DNA of 20,000 nucleotides from an uncultured virus (IMG/VR IMGVR_UViG_3300032116_000172). Lineage: Duplodnaviria; Heunggongvirae; Uroviricota; Caudoviricetes. The stretch lies in IMG/VR virus record IMGVR_UViG_3300032116_000172. One strand, given 5' to 3'. Within the stretch, counting starts at the first letter, position 1, and each line of letters begins with the position of its first letter. Made by a program: the position numbers and the translations under genes. A model generated the notes under the pieces. That model was not told the origin of the DNA. It worked only from the letters and a program-made list of their open reading frames with translations, and made no database searches. Shown here in pieces: positions 1-8,462 of this stretch.

Positions 1-1737
1 TGTATCAGTTACATAAGAATTTATGTCATGGGACGCCGCAATGGTGTTGTTGTACCCACGAACGCACCCGGTAAACGACGCAGTGGTTACGCCTGTGTAC
101 GCAATAAGCTCGCTGTCGATTTGTATAACGCCGGTGTTAGGGTAACTAAGTGCGCTGTTCACCGGAATAGTCGTAGCAGTGCTATTTATAGCCGCCGCCA
201 AAGTAGTGCGCTGCACCCCTAACGCCGCTTGCGGATATGGCCTTAGTGCACTATCCAGCCAAGCAGTACGGTTTAACGTGCCGTAATACCAGACGTGGTC
301 TAGGTAATTAAATATGACGTAGCGGTCGATTACATTGCTGTTCTTTGAGCAATAGAACCACCAAACTTCACTGTACCCTTCGTTAGTCCCGGCAAAAAAT
401 TGCGCGGATTGGGTCATGTTTATATTGCTAAACACATATTGGCGCAACGTAGAAGGTAGAGTTTCAACTCGGCCCGAGTACATATAGAACTTATCTATAC
501 CCATCCAGTATGTGATACCGTTTGCGGTAACCATAGAATTAGGACTAGCTATAGATATGTTGTCGGCCAACAAAGTAAATCCGTACACCCCGCCAGAAAT
601 TCCTAGGTATTGCATGGAGTAAATAGCGGAATCGGTCCACACCAAAATTTCTTGGCGGGTCTGTAATGCGCTCATAATGAATGAGCCATGCGATAGTCGG
701 TAGTCACCAGCTTGACTTCCAACAGAAGACGCCGGGTTCCAGTTTGTGTAGCTCTCTTGGTCTGACCACCGAATCTGCATCGGGTCTAACACAGTTGTGG
801 CATACGTGCCAGACGGGTCGTTACAACCAAAAGCGATAGTAATCCGACTAGCGTCAGACACCATAATTTTATTTATTAGGCTAGGCACATACGTACCGGA
901 TACTACTGTACCGCGAGTTGCATATGCCGGTACCGCAGCCGAACCGGGGTCCCAAACATAGAAAGGTCCACCACGCGGGCAAAACAGTAGGCGCTCACCA
1001 AAGTTTGATTGGCTCCACAAACGTAACTGCTGCCCTATCCCTGTGGTGTATCCAGAACCCCATCCACCTCGGCTCCACGGACCAGTACTCCAGCCAGTAC
1101 CAATTGAATACACGGGTTCGCCGGGGGCTATTTGATATGCGGCACTAGCTGATGCGCCACCACCCGAAGCGGTAGATAAAGACGTAACAAACGGCCCGGG
1201 AGTAGTTATAGATGTCCCTGCGGCCCGAGCGTAGATAGTATACGTAGTGGCGGTTTTATAGACAATCTCGTATTCTTGGTTTAGCACCCCTGCGGTAATC
1301 TCTGCGTTGATGCCAGTTGCTCCGCTAAAAGTAACGTAGTCCCCGGTTTGAAACCCAACAGCGGCGGCATCGGTTACCGTTATTTCATACGAACCTGTTG
1401 TAGCGGCAAACGCAACCGCCGTAGTAGGCACCGGCGCTGATGGCCCCGTGGAGATACGCAAAGGAGTGATGTCGTAATATACGCCACCGTTCTCAACATA
1501 AAACTTAAGATTAGTGCCTACCCCTAGTAAGTTATAGCTCTTTAGCGTTATCCAATTCCACAACGACCGCGCTGTGCCTAAATACTTATTGTAAGAAAGT
1601 ACTGCCCATCCCCCGATTTTCTCTGGGAAACCGGAACGAAAACGAACTTTGTCGCATTCAAACCAACCACCTTCGTTGGCGAGCGTAGTCCCCTCTCGAT
1701 TTACCCCGGGCTTAAAAAGTAATTTCTGTAAAGGCAT
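1..1737 (-). CDS. Tail nozzle / P22 gp10-like packaged-DNA stabilisation protein (5' part; runs off the left edge)
   Basis: Not in the ORF track. ATG at 1737 with AAGGA upstream. Translation starts MPLQKLLFKPGVNREGTTLANEGGWFECDKVRFRSGFPEKIGGW and includes DPMQIRWSDQE, AGDYRLSHGSFI, RQEILVWTDSAIYSMQYLG and WMGIDKFYMYSGRVETLPS, typical of beta-propeller nozzle proteins of podovirus-like phages. The same frame is coding at position 1. Confidence 0.8.
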   Translation of the reverse strand, partial: MPLQKLLFKPGVNREGTTLANEGGWFECDKVRFRSGFPEKIGGWAVLSYNKYLGTARSLWNWITLKSYNLLGVGTNLKFYVENGGVYYDITPLRISTGPSAPVPTTAVAFAATTGSYEITVTDAAAVGFQTGDYVTFSGATGINAEITAGVLNQEYEIVYKTATTYTIYARAAGTSITTPGPFVTSLSTASGGGASASAAYQIAPGEPVYSIGTGWSTGPWSRGGWGSGYTTGIGQQLRLWSQSNFGERLLFCPRGGPFYVWDPGSAAVPAYATRGTVVSGTYVPSLINKIMVSDASRITIAFGCNDPSGTYATTVLDPMQIRWSDQESYTNWNPASSVGSQAGDYRLSHGSFIMSALQTRQEILVWTDSAIYSMQYLGISGGVYGFTLLADNISIASPNSMVTANGITYWMGIDKFYMYSGRVETLPSTLRQYVFSNINMTQSAQFFAGTNEGYSEVWWFYCSKNSNVIDRYVIFNYLDHVWYYGTLNRTAWLDSALRPYPQAALGVQRTTLAAAINSTATTIPVNSALSYPNTGVIQIDSELIAYTGVTTASFTGCVRGYNNTIAASHDINSYVTDT

Positions 1738-1746
1738 TTTTAATCC

Positions 1747-2124
1747 TTACGGAAGAATGCTGACCGTAGCAAGACGACTCATGTCACCACCGCCCCCGAC
1801 CCCGTACGGGCTGTTTTCTTGGCTATAGACGTCTACTACTTCCCCGTCCACATCTCTCATAGCAAAAACACAGTACCACAAAGTGTCATCTTCTAGGGCT
1901 TGGAACGCGTGTTCAAACTCTTTCTTAATCACTATGAAAGTAGGCGCAGTAAATTCTTTTGGTTCATGTCCAGTAACCGTGACTTTAACCTTTCCTTTGG
2001 CTAACAAAGTCACATGGTCAAAACTGTGCGCATGGCCTTGCTGCTTATCGCCAGCTTTAGCCAGTACGTTCTGGCGCACCCAGACGTTTCCAAAAAAAGC
2101 AAGGCGCTGATTGTCTACGCTCAC
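1747..2124 (-). CDS. Cupin-fold protein (paralog 2)
   Basis: GHAHSFDH...LAKGKVKV...IKKEFEH cupin motifs. GTG start overlaps the upstream stop (GTGA). Confidence 0.8.
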   Translation of the reverse strand: MSVDNQRLAFFGNVWVRQNVLAKAGDKQQGHAHSFDHVTLLAKGKVKVTVTGHEPKEFTAPTFIVIKKEFEHAFQALEDDTLWYCVFAMRDVDGEVVDVYSQENSPYGVGGGGDMSRLATVSILP

Positions 2125-2501
2125 TTTGGTACCTCGATAGACGTGTTTTCCAGCACAGTAAAATCCCCCTCGGCTGAACCATAAGGGCTGTTGTCGCCGC
2201 TGTATATGTCTGTGACGTTACCGTCAATATCCCGCAAAGCAAACACACAGTACCAAACAGACTGATCTTCTAGTGCTTCAAAGTGGTGCTCGTATTCTTT
2301 TTTTATGACGATGAAAGTCGGCGCAGTGAATTCTTTAGGTGGATGACCAGCAACCGTTACGCGCACTTTTCCTGTGCACAACAAAGACACGTGATCAAAA
2401 TGATGTTTGTGCCCACGCGTTACGTCACCTGCTTTAGCCAGCATGTTTTGGCGTACCCAGATGTTTCCGAAATAACCTAACGTGTTTTCCTCTACCGTCA
2501 C
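2121..2501 (-). CDS. Cupin-fold protein (paralog 1)
   Basis: GHKHHFDH...LCTGKVRV...IKKEYEH. GGAGGT SD upstream of a GTG start that overlaps the upstream stop. Confidence 0.8.
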   Translation of the reverse strand: MTVEENTLGYFGNIWVRQNMLAKAGDVTRGHKHHFDHVSLLCTGKVRVTVAGHPPKEFTAPTFIVIKKEYEHHFEALEDQSVWYCVFALRDIDGNVTDIYSGDNSPYGSAEGDFTVLENTSIEVPK

Positions 2502-2854
2502 GGCATCACCTCCACTTTAGTGGTTATTGTATAAGGAGGGTCGTACGCTTCTTCCACATATCTTTCAACCAACACAGCGCGTTTAGAAAGCGTCTCGGCT
2601 GCCGTGCCTTCTGATTCGTGCGTTCCAGTATAGTAATTAAACACACTGTAAACGCCTTCGGTAGTTTCTAACAAATCAAAAACACGTGACCAAGTGGTAT
2701 CCGCGCCATGCTGTTCTATTTTTACAATCGGAAAGTACTCGACACATTTTTGTCGCAGCTTTGCTTTGAACAGCGCGAGGGTATCTAACAACTGTTCTTC
2801 CGATACTGATACAGTTTCATCAGTCGTATAGTCGGTTATGTAGTATGTCGTCAT
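2498..2854 (-). CDS. Hypothetical protein (acidic; tail-fibre-associated by position)
   Basis: 118-aa ORF coupled by 4-nt overlaps on both sides, directly after the adhesin gene. Confidence 0.7.
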   Translation of the reverse strand: MTTYYITDYTTDETVSVSEEQLLDTLALFKAKLRQKCVEYFPIVKIEQHGADTTWSRVFDLLETTEGVYSVFNYYTGTHESEGTAAETLSKRAVLVERYVEEAYDPPYTITTKVEVMP

Positions 2855-3894
2855 GCCACGGCTCCATACGCTCTGCCAGAACTAGCTGTACCGCCAACCC
2901 ATGTAACTGTCTTGGTAGATGTGTTAATTGCTTTACCGCCCGCCAACGTAGTAGAACTAGGATTGGGGGAACCGTCGCCGCCCGCGTTTCCAGCAGAACC
3001 CCCGGCACCCGATGTGCCTGACGATGTTGCGCCTGATCCCCGACGACCACCTGCCGCGCCGTAGCCACCACCTCCGCCTCCCCAATATAAGCTTCCACCA
3101 TCTTGGCCTGTGCTACCGCTACCGCCAGCGCCCCCACCAAGACCAAAATTGCGAACACCGGGGCCGCCAGCTACGCTTGCCCCGCCTGTACCGGGCATGA
3201 TACGGCCACCATTACCACCGGTAGAGTTGTTAGCATTTAGGTTCGTTCCATTCGCCCCTGTAGCGCCCGGAGAAGCTGCGGCTGCTGCATTATTTCCGCC
3301 AGCACCGCCGCCTGCCCCACCACCTCCACGACCAACAGCACTGTAGGAAGCGCCGCCGTTCCCGCCCCCACCACCGCCACCAATATATCCGTTTTGATTA
3401 TTGATCGTGATACTTGTCGTACCAATACCGGAAATATTTAGTGCGGGGCCACCAGCAGTAGCAGCAAGCGTGTTGTGGTACCCACGGCCCCCCATACCCA
3501 TAATGAACCCGTCGTTCACAAGAGTGATGGTGTCACCTGTCGTACCGCCGGTAATGGTCAAAGCGTAAACTGCTGTGTCTGTAGAATACACATAAACACC
3601 GGCGTTGACTGTGATGGTGACGTCTGTGCTGCCTGCCACATACCCAGAAAGTGCAGAAACGTTTATAGTCGCGCCTGTTGTGTTAGCGCTGTATGTTTGA
3701 GAAGCGGTGGGCCTGTTGGATTTGCCATATGCCGCACTCATAGAGATTGCGCCACTAGGTACTTGCAGCAATGTGCGTACGTTAGCGTCATTCAGGCTGA
3801 TCGTAGCGGTGGCCGACTGCCCTAATTCAAGGTTAATCGACTGACCGACAGTTGAGCCGCCCATACTGAGCGGACCAGTGCTGTTCATCGTCAT
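2851..3894 (-). CDS. Glycine-rich receptor-binding adhesin, T-even gp38-like
   Basis: [23 protein letters not shown] and [15 protein letters not shown] followed by many poly-Gly segments. It follows a fibre with a C-terminal autocleaving chaperone; ATGA overlap. Confidence 0.7.
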   Translation of the reverse strand: MTMNSTGPLSMGGSTVGQSINLELGQSATATISLNDANVRTLLQVPSGAISMSAAYGKSNRPTASQTYSANTTGATINVSALSGYVAGSTDVTITVNAGVYVYSTDTAVYALTITGGTTGDTITLVNDGFIMGMGGRGYHNTLAATAGGPALNISGIGTTSITINNQNGYIGGGGGGGNGGASYSAVGRGGGGAGGGAGGNNAAAAASPGATGANGTNLNANNSTGGNGGRIMPGTGGASVAGGPGVRNFGLGGGAGGSGSTGQDGGSLYWGGGGGGYGAAGGRRGSGATSSGTSGAGGSAGNAGGDGSPNPSSTTLAGGKAINTSTKTVTWVGGTASSGRAYGAVA

Positions 3895-6194
3895 TTGACT
3901 TGGCTCCTAAGTTCAGCAACTTCGGCCTGCAATTCTTTAACTGCCTCAATAAGCAGCGCTACTATACGGTCGTACTTGACTGCTTTAAATCCGTCTTCTC
4001 GTTCGGCAACAACTTCAGGAAGAACCACTTCAACTTCTTGGGCGATTACACCAACATCATGCTTACGTACAAAGTACCCGTCCTCACCGCCACCGCGTTC
4101 GATTTCTTCTTGCGTCCAATCAAAAGTAACTCCGCGAATTTGCGACAGTTTGTACAACGCATTGGATATTGGCTGGACGTTCTCTTTTAGCCGCGCATCC
4201 GATGAGTAGTAAGCAGTGATGTTGTTAGTAGCTCTAATCTCACCGCTTGTCGCGCTGGCTGCTGTACCTACGCCAAGTGCTCCAAATTGAACCCCGGAAG
4301 TCGTCGTTATCGCTTGCGGGATTGAGATGCTAATAGACCCAGCCCCGTTAGATATTGTGACGCCCGTACCTGCTGTTAAAGTAGTGCGGGTGAAGCCGCT
4401 TGTAGTACTGTTGCCAATATCTAACACGCCGTTAGTTGGGGCTGAAGAAAGTCCCGTGCCGCCATTAGCAATAGGTAGGACTCCAGTAACGTTGGTAGTC
4501 AAGTTACAGAAAGTTGTTGCTGTGCTTCCTGTACCACCGTTAGAAGTTGGGAGCGCTGTGCCAGAGAACGTAACTGCAAAAGTTCCAGACGTAGTAATCG
4601 ACGAAGGCGATACTGCTAGGAACGCCGGTACTGTCATACCTACAGAAGTAACCGTGCCGGTACCGGCTGCCGGGGTTGCCCACGTACCATCGCCACGCCA
4701 AAATGTAGTGGCTGATGCGCCGGTGCCACTGTTCAAGTTCGATACAGGTAAGTTGCCCGACACATGGGTGGACAACCCAATCTTACCCCAGCTAGGAGCA
4801 ACACCAACTCCGCCAGAAATTAGCGCATTACCTGTAGCGACGTCAGCTAAAGATGCCCAAGTATTTGAACCAGAAGCGTAAAGCAGGTCGCCCGTAGTAG
4901 CCGAAGTTAAGCCGGTGCCGCCATTAGCAACAGGTAGCGTACCTGATACGTGGGTAGTCAGCCCAACTTTGCCGTAGCTAGGGGCTACACCTACACCACC
5001 AGAAATTAATACGTTGCCTGTAGCTACATCCGATAGTTTAGATATAGTAGTGGCGGCAGACGCGTATAGCAGATCGCCAACTGCATAGGATGTTTGCCCA
5101 GTGCCCCCATTAGCTGCGGCAAGAGTCCCGCTAACAGACACCGCGCCAGACGTAGCGGTTGAAGGGGTAAGTCCAGTGCTACCAAAAGTAATAGATGTTA
5201 CGCCAGACGTAATAGTGCCAGACACCACGCTATTCCATGTCATCGCGGTAACGCCTACCGTGTCGGTAGATTTGAACGTAGTTACATACTGAGTACCACC
5301 GTTAGCGGAACCAGATTGAACATTAACAAACGAACCGGCAATCTCTGCGGCAGTGCTCGCGTCATCCGCCCTAGACCAAGACCCGGCAGCAACTACATAT
5401 ATACCGTTGTTCGCCGCAGTTGTTTGATCTTTAACCAGCACCCGGTTGCCAGCCACAACAGCTATACCGTCAATAGTAGTGGTACCGGCTAGGCTGGTAA
5501 GGTTAGCGGTGGTAGCGCACAGTACTGTTTTGACTCCGGGCACTGCCCACGAAGTGCTAGTCCCATCCGTGGTTAGAAATGACCCCGCATTACTTGTTTG
5601 TGTGGGGATTATTGAGGCCCAAGAAGTGTTAGTCCCGTCAGACGACAACACCTTACCATTTGCTCCACTCTGCGATGGAAGTAGTGCGTTTATTGCAGCG
5701 TTAGCTGTAACTTGCCCAGTACCGCCAGAAGTTATGGGGAGAGGGGTTCCAAGTGCTAGGGTGCTTGCATAATCTAAAGCTACGCGCACATTGTTAGCGT
5801 CGCAGAAAATCGGCATTGTTTTCCCGGCGGGAATTGTTACTGTAGTGCCGCCAGTTGGTGTGGTGCCGTTAAGCGCAGTCGCCGCCGAAATGGTAACTGC
5901 GTAAGTTAAGTTTGAGTTATAGATTACGTAATATTTTTCAGCCGGGGGGATATAAACGGTATACGCTCCTGCATGAGACGTATCCAGTTTAATAACCATG
6001 TTGCGAGACTGATCGGCTCCGCCGTTAACTGCGGTCAGCGCTTGAGACGCACTTGTAGTCGTAACCGCTACATACCCGGCAACAGCGTCTTCGATTAACG
6101 TACCAAGGTTGGTGTTTGTTGTATCGCCCCAAACACCGGATTGATCGCCGTTGGCTATAAGTTCGATACGTAAGTTGGGGGAGTATGTTGACAT
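3891..6194 (-). CDS. Tail fibre protein with C-terminal intramolecular chaperone (Peptidase S74-like)
   Basis: 767 aa, Thr/Gly/Ser-rich, with repeated LPxxNGGTG fibre motifs. C-terminal [12 protein letters not shown]...[15 protein letters not shown]...[15 protein letters not shown] is the chaperone signature (3891-4202). Confidence 0.88.
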   Translation of the reverse strand: MSTYSPNLRIELIANGDQSGVWGDTTNTNLGTLIEDAVAGYVAVTTTSASQALTAVNGGADQSRNMVIKLDTSHAGAYTVYIPPAEKYYVIYNSNLTYAVTISAATALNGTTPTGGTTVTIPAGKTMPIFCDANNVRVALDYASTLALGTPLPITSGGTGQVTANAAINALLPSQSGANGKVLSSDGTNTSWASIIPTQTSNAGSFLTTDGTSTSWAVPGVKTVLCATTANLTSLAGTTTIDGIAVVAGNRVLVKDQTTAANNGIYVVAAGSWSRADDASTAAEIAGSFVNVQSGSANGGTQYVTTFKSTDTVGVTAMTWNSVVSGTITSGVTSITFGSTGLTPSTATSGAVSVSGTLAAANGGTGQTSYAVGDLLYASAATTISKLSDVATGNVLISGGVGVAPSYGKVGLTTHVSGTLPVANGGTGLTSATTGDLLYASGSNTWASLADVATGNALISGGVGVAPSWGKIGLSTHVSGNLPVSNLNSGTGASATTFWRGDGTWATPAAGTGTVTSVGMTVPAFLAVSPSSITTSGTFAVTFSGTALPTSNGGTGSTATTFCNLTTNVTGVLPIANGGTGLSSAPTNGVLDIGNSTTSGFTRTTLTAGTGVTISNGAGSISISIPQAITTTSGVQFGALGVGTAASATSGEIRATNNITAYYSSDARLKENVQPISNALYKLSQIRGVTFDWTQEEIERGGGEDGYFVRKHDVGVIAQEVEVVLPEVVAEREDGFKAVKYDRIVALLIEAVKELQAEVAELRSQVK
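4764..5135 (-). repeat. Two tandem 62-aa (186-nt) repeats inside the tail fibre
   Basis: [13 protein letters not shown]...GDLLYAS...[27 protein letters not shown], then [13 protein letters not shown]...GDLLYAS...[28 protein letters not shown] third VSGNLPV start follows at the same 186-nt spacing. Confidence 0.9.
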
Positions 6195-6203
6195 TTTGGT
6201 TCC

Positions 6204-6683
6204 TTAACTAAGGTATAGTGCACGCTCGTCGTTGCGTCTGTTTACCAAGCCTTTAAGTACTTTGCCACCGGCTTTGGTGTATTTCAAGAACTCTTCTGCT
6301 GCGCCAGCGTAGTCCCCGCGATTAAATTTTTGCCGTAGGGTACTGCGCTGTAACGTACCAAGTCCTACGTTGAAGCTAAAGCTAACCAGAGCGTCGAGCC
6401 AGCCTTGACGAGTGCCAGCAGCAGGACAAAATTTAAGTACTCCGCGCTCAAATCTCTCAAGGTCTTTTGCAAGGATAGCATCCACTTCCTCCATAGTAAA
6501 CGTGCGGTTCCAGCCCGGTGGGCAGGGCAAACCTGCCCTTTCCTCGATCTTTAGCTTACCGTGGTTTGGGTCAATCACATGCCCTACCCCGATAGTCCAA
6601 AGCTTGGCTGGACATTGATATGGTTTAGTCCGCACACCCTCGTGGTGGCGGATCATTTCTAGTGCTTTTTTGCTAACAGGCAT
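6204..6683 (-). CDS. Endolysin, GH24 phage lysozyme (RrrD-like)
   Basis: HHEGVRTKPYQCPAKLWTIGVGH gives the E-x8-C-x5-T triad; also DALVSFSFNVG, STLRQKFN and LKGLVNRRNDE. ATG at 6683 is preferred; GTG at 6689 is possible. Confidence 0.93.
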   Translation of the reverse strand: MPVSKKALEMIRHHEGVRTKPYQCPAKLWTIGVGHVIDPNHGKLKIEERAGLPCPPGWNRTFTMEEVDAILAKDLERFERGVLKFCPAAGTRQGWLDALVSFSFNVGLGTLQRSTLRQKFNRGDYAGAAEEFLKYTKAGGKVLKGLVNRRNDERALYLS

Positions 6684-6685
6684 GA

Positions 6686-7201
6686 TCACTTCCCGAAGGC
6701 TCTACCGCCAAAATGGAATGCAATGATTGAGGCAAACAGCGCCTGTGTCTCGGAATCCCACAGCATTTCCGCCAGTTCTTTGAAGTCAGTACCACGGTGC
6801 CATCCGTAGGCAAACAGGCCAACGTCAACGAAGACCAGCAGGAAGAAGAAACCAAATGTAATGATCGGCCTTACACCCGCCCGGAGGTTTTTCATCCACT
6901 GCGACGTACCCTCGTTCAGGCTCATGTCGTGCGCGTAGATCGCCTGCATCTCAGCCTGCTGGGCTTGGATCAAGGACTGCTTTTCTTGTGAAGCAGTCTC
7001 GGTACGGATTTCTTCGAGTTTGATTTCCTCGATTTTTTGCTGCGCAGCATAGCCAGCGGCCAGTAGCTGCATTTCCCGTTCGGTCTGCATTTTGGCGAGC
7101 GTTAGTTCGTGGGACTTGTCCGCACGGTCTTGGAAGAAGTCCAGAATCTTGGGCAAGCCACCCATCAAGAACGAAATAAGTGTTGACAAAAGTGTAAGCA
7201 T
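6686..7201 (-). CDS. Putative holin (GTA-type 3TM holin-like)
   Basis: Hydrophobic N-terminus, HEL coiled-coil region, W..NLRAGVRPIITFGFFFLLVFV transmembrane segment and C-terminal FHFGGR. Lies immediately upstream of the lysozyme. Confidence 0.75.
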   Translation of the reverse strand: MLTLLSTLISFLMGGLPKILDFFQDRADKSHELTLAKMQTEREMQLLAAGYAAQQKIEEIKLEEIRTETASQEKQSLIQAQQAEMQAIYAHDMSLNEGTSQWMKNLRAGVRPIITFGFFFLLVFVDVGLFAYGWHRGTDFKELAEMLWDSETQALFASIIAFHFGGRAFGK

Positions 7202-7500
7202 TATTCTCCCCTATTTTGGTTTTCCAACATAAGTTTTATACGCAACTCACGCATCTTTCGGATTTCTTGAATTGCAGCCTCAGTAGCATTGTGCATGTCC
7301 AAATAAGCCATCCCAAGCAAAGGTATTGCTACTACGAAAGTCAAGGCCATTACTGCCAGACATACCACGATAACCCACGGTATGTGTGACTCGTCCTTAT
7401 CAGAAGAAACACGCCCCACATCCACCCCACTACGAACAGGATTGCCCCAATCCAAGTTGCCAGCGCTTTTAACTGGTTTACCGCCCTTCTGCGTCGCCAT
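7201..7500 (-). CDS. Single-TM membrane protein of the lysis cassette
   Basis: TM segment IPWVIVVCLAVMALTFVVAIPLLGMAYL followed by a charged coiled coil. Stop overlaps the holin start (TAATG). Start uncertain: ATG 7500 preferred, the ORF extends to 7569. Confidence 0.6.
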   Translation of the reverse strand: MATQKGGKPVKSAGNLDWGNPVRSGVDVGRVSSDKDESHIPWVIVVCLAVMALTFVVAIPLLGMAYLDMHNATEAAIQEIRKMRELRIKLMLENQNRGE

Positions 7501-8054
7501 ACAACAGTCTGTGTCTTGCGCATCTCGTCGGCAAGCGCCTCGTTTTGTTCTTGAACGATCTGCTGCCACATTTTTTCAAAGCGCGTCCACACATCTCCCA
7601 ATTCAGGCGGCGTCTGGTACACCATCATCTCGCGTACCTCGGCCAGCATTGCGTCAAGCTGAGTCCTTATTTGTATTCGCCGTAGCGCCCTACGGGCTAA
7701 AGACTCATTCCCTTTGTACAGTTTCTTGGCGTTGGCTTCCTCTTCTATAAACGCCTTGGCCAGCTTGTCGTACTCATCAACAAAAGTGCCAAGATAGTCC
7801 CAGATGTTGTTCAGTGCGTCTATCGGATTCGTCTTGGCAACGGTCTGGACGCGCTTTATTTCTTCGTTGTACTGTCGCGTCTGCTCGGGCGACGGATCAA
7901 CGAGTTTGTGGTACTGCTCTTTCAAATCTTTCAGCACATCGCCGACTTCGCCTGCGGTGGCCTTGACTTCCTTGTAGAACGCAATCCCTTGTTTGGCTAG
8001 GTCTATCGCAGTCGTTGCCGCCTTGAAACAAGCAACAATAGTCAGCGGATCAAT
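7350..8054 (-). CDS. Coiled-coil membrane protein with C-terminal TM (lysis cassette); probable ATT start
   Basis: Long helical ORF ending LATWIGAILFVVGWMWGVFLLI. An AGGAG SD (8062-8066) lies 7 nt before in-frame ATT-GAT-CCG (IDPLTIVACF). Confidence 0.72.
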   Translation of the reverse strand: MDPLTIVACFKAATTAIDLAKQGIAFYKEVKATAGEVGDVLKDLKEQYHKLVDPSPEQTRQYNEEIKRVQTVAKTNPIDALNNIWDYLGTFVDEYDKLAKAFIEEEANAKKLYKGNESLARRALRRIQIRTQLDAMLAEVREMMVYQTPPELGDVWTRFEKMWQQIVQEQNEALADEMRKTQTVVWRRRRAVNQLKALATWIGAILFVVGWMWGVFLLIRTSHTYRGLSWYVWQ

Positions 8055-8064
8055 TTTTTCACTC

Positions 8065-8454
8065 CTACGACGGCTCGTCTGGCCACACAATGTTCAGCGG
8101 GTCGGTCTGCGTCTGGGGAATGTCCCGCAACGCCTGAACATAATTAAGCAGCGACATAAGCAAAGTGTCGTCTGTCAAGTTTAGCGCCACTCTGTCTCGC
8201 TCTCGATCGATGCGCCAGCGTACAGCCTCAATACGTTTATTTCTCTCAGCGCGGACAACGGCCCATTCGCCCGGCAGGTTTGGTGTCCAGTTACGCTCTT
8301 CCGGCACATACGTGTACACCCCGCCATCAAGCGGGTGCATCCACGACGTAACATCGTGGTCGTCAGGATGCTGTCTGTCTCCACAATAAATAAAAGACAT
8401 ATCGTCATGCTTGACGTACGTGGGCATTCCCACAGGCTGTGTTTCAACTGGCAT
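8065..8454 (-). CDS. Tail fibre assembly chaperone
   Basis: WAVVRAERNKRI...YVQALRDIPQTQTDPLNIVWPDEP is the typical C-terminus of phage tail assembly chaperones. Directly follows the large fibre gene; GAGGA SD. Confidence 0.85.
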   Translation of the reverse strand: MPVETQPVGMPTYVKHDDMSFIYCGDRQHPDDHDVTSWMHPLDGGVYTYVPEERNWTPNLPGEWAVVRAERNKRIEAVRWRIDRERDRVALNLTDDTLLMSLLNYVQALRDIPQTQTDPLNIVWPDEPS

Positions 8455-8462
8455 GTAATCCT

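Noticed and set aside
1747..2501. Diversity-generating retroelement TR/VR pair
   Set aside because: Differences between the paralogs are not adenine-specific, both copies are intact genes, and no reverse transcriptase lies in the window.
2820..3425. Alternative-frame minus ORFs with hydrophobic VVV/LAV runs inside the adhesin gene
   Set aside because: These are frame-shifted readings of GGN glycine codons, not real membrane proteins.
7201..8054. Canonical Rz/Rz1 spanins
   Set aside because: There is no N-terminal TM on the large protein and no clear signal peptide with a lipobox on the overlapped one.
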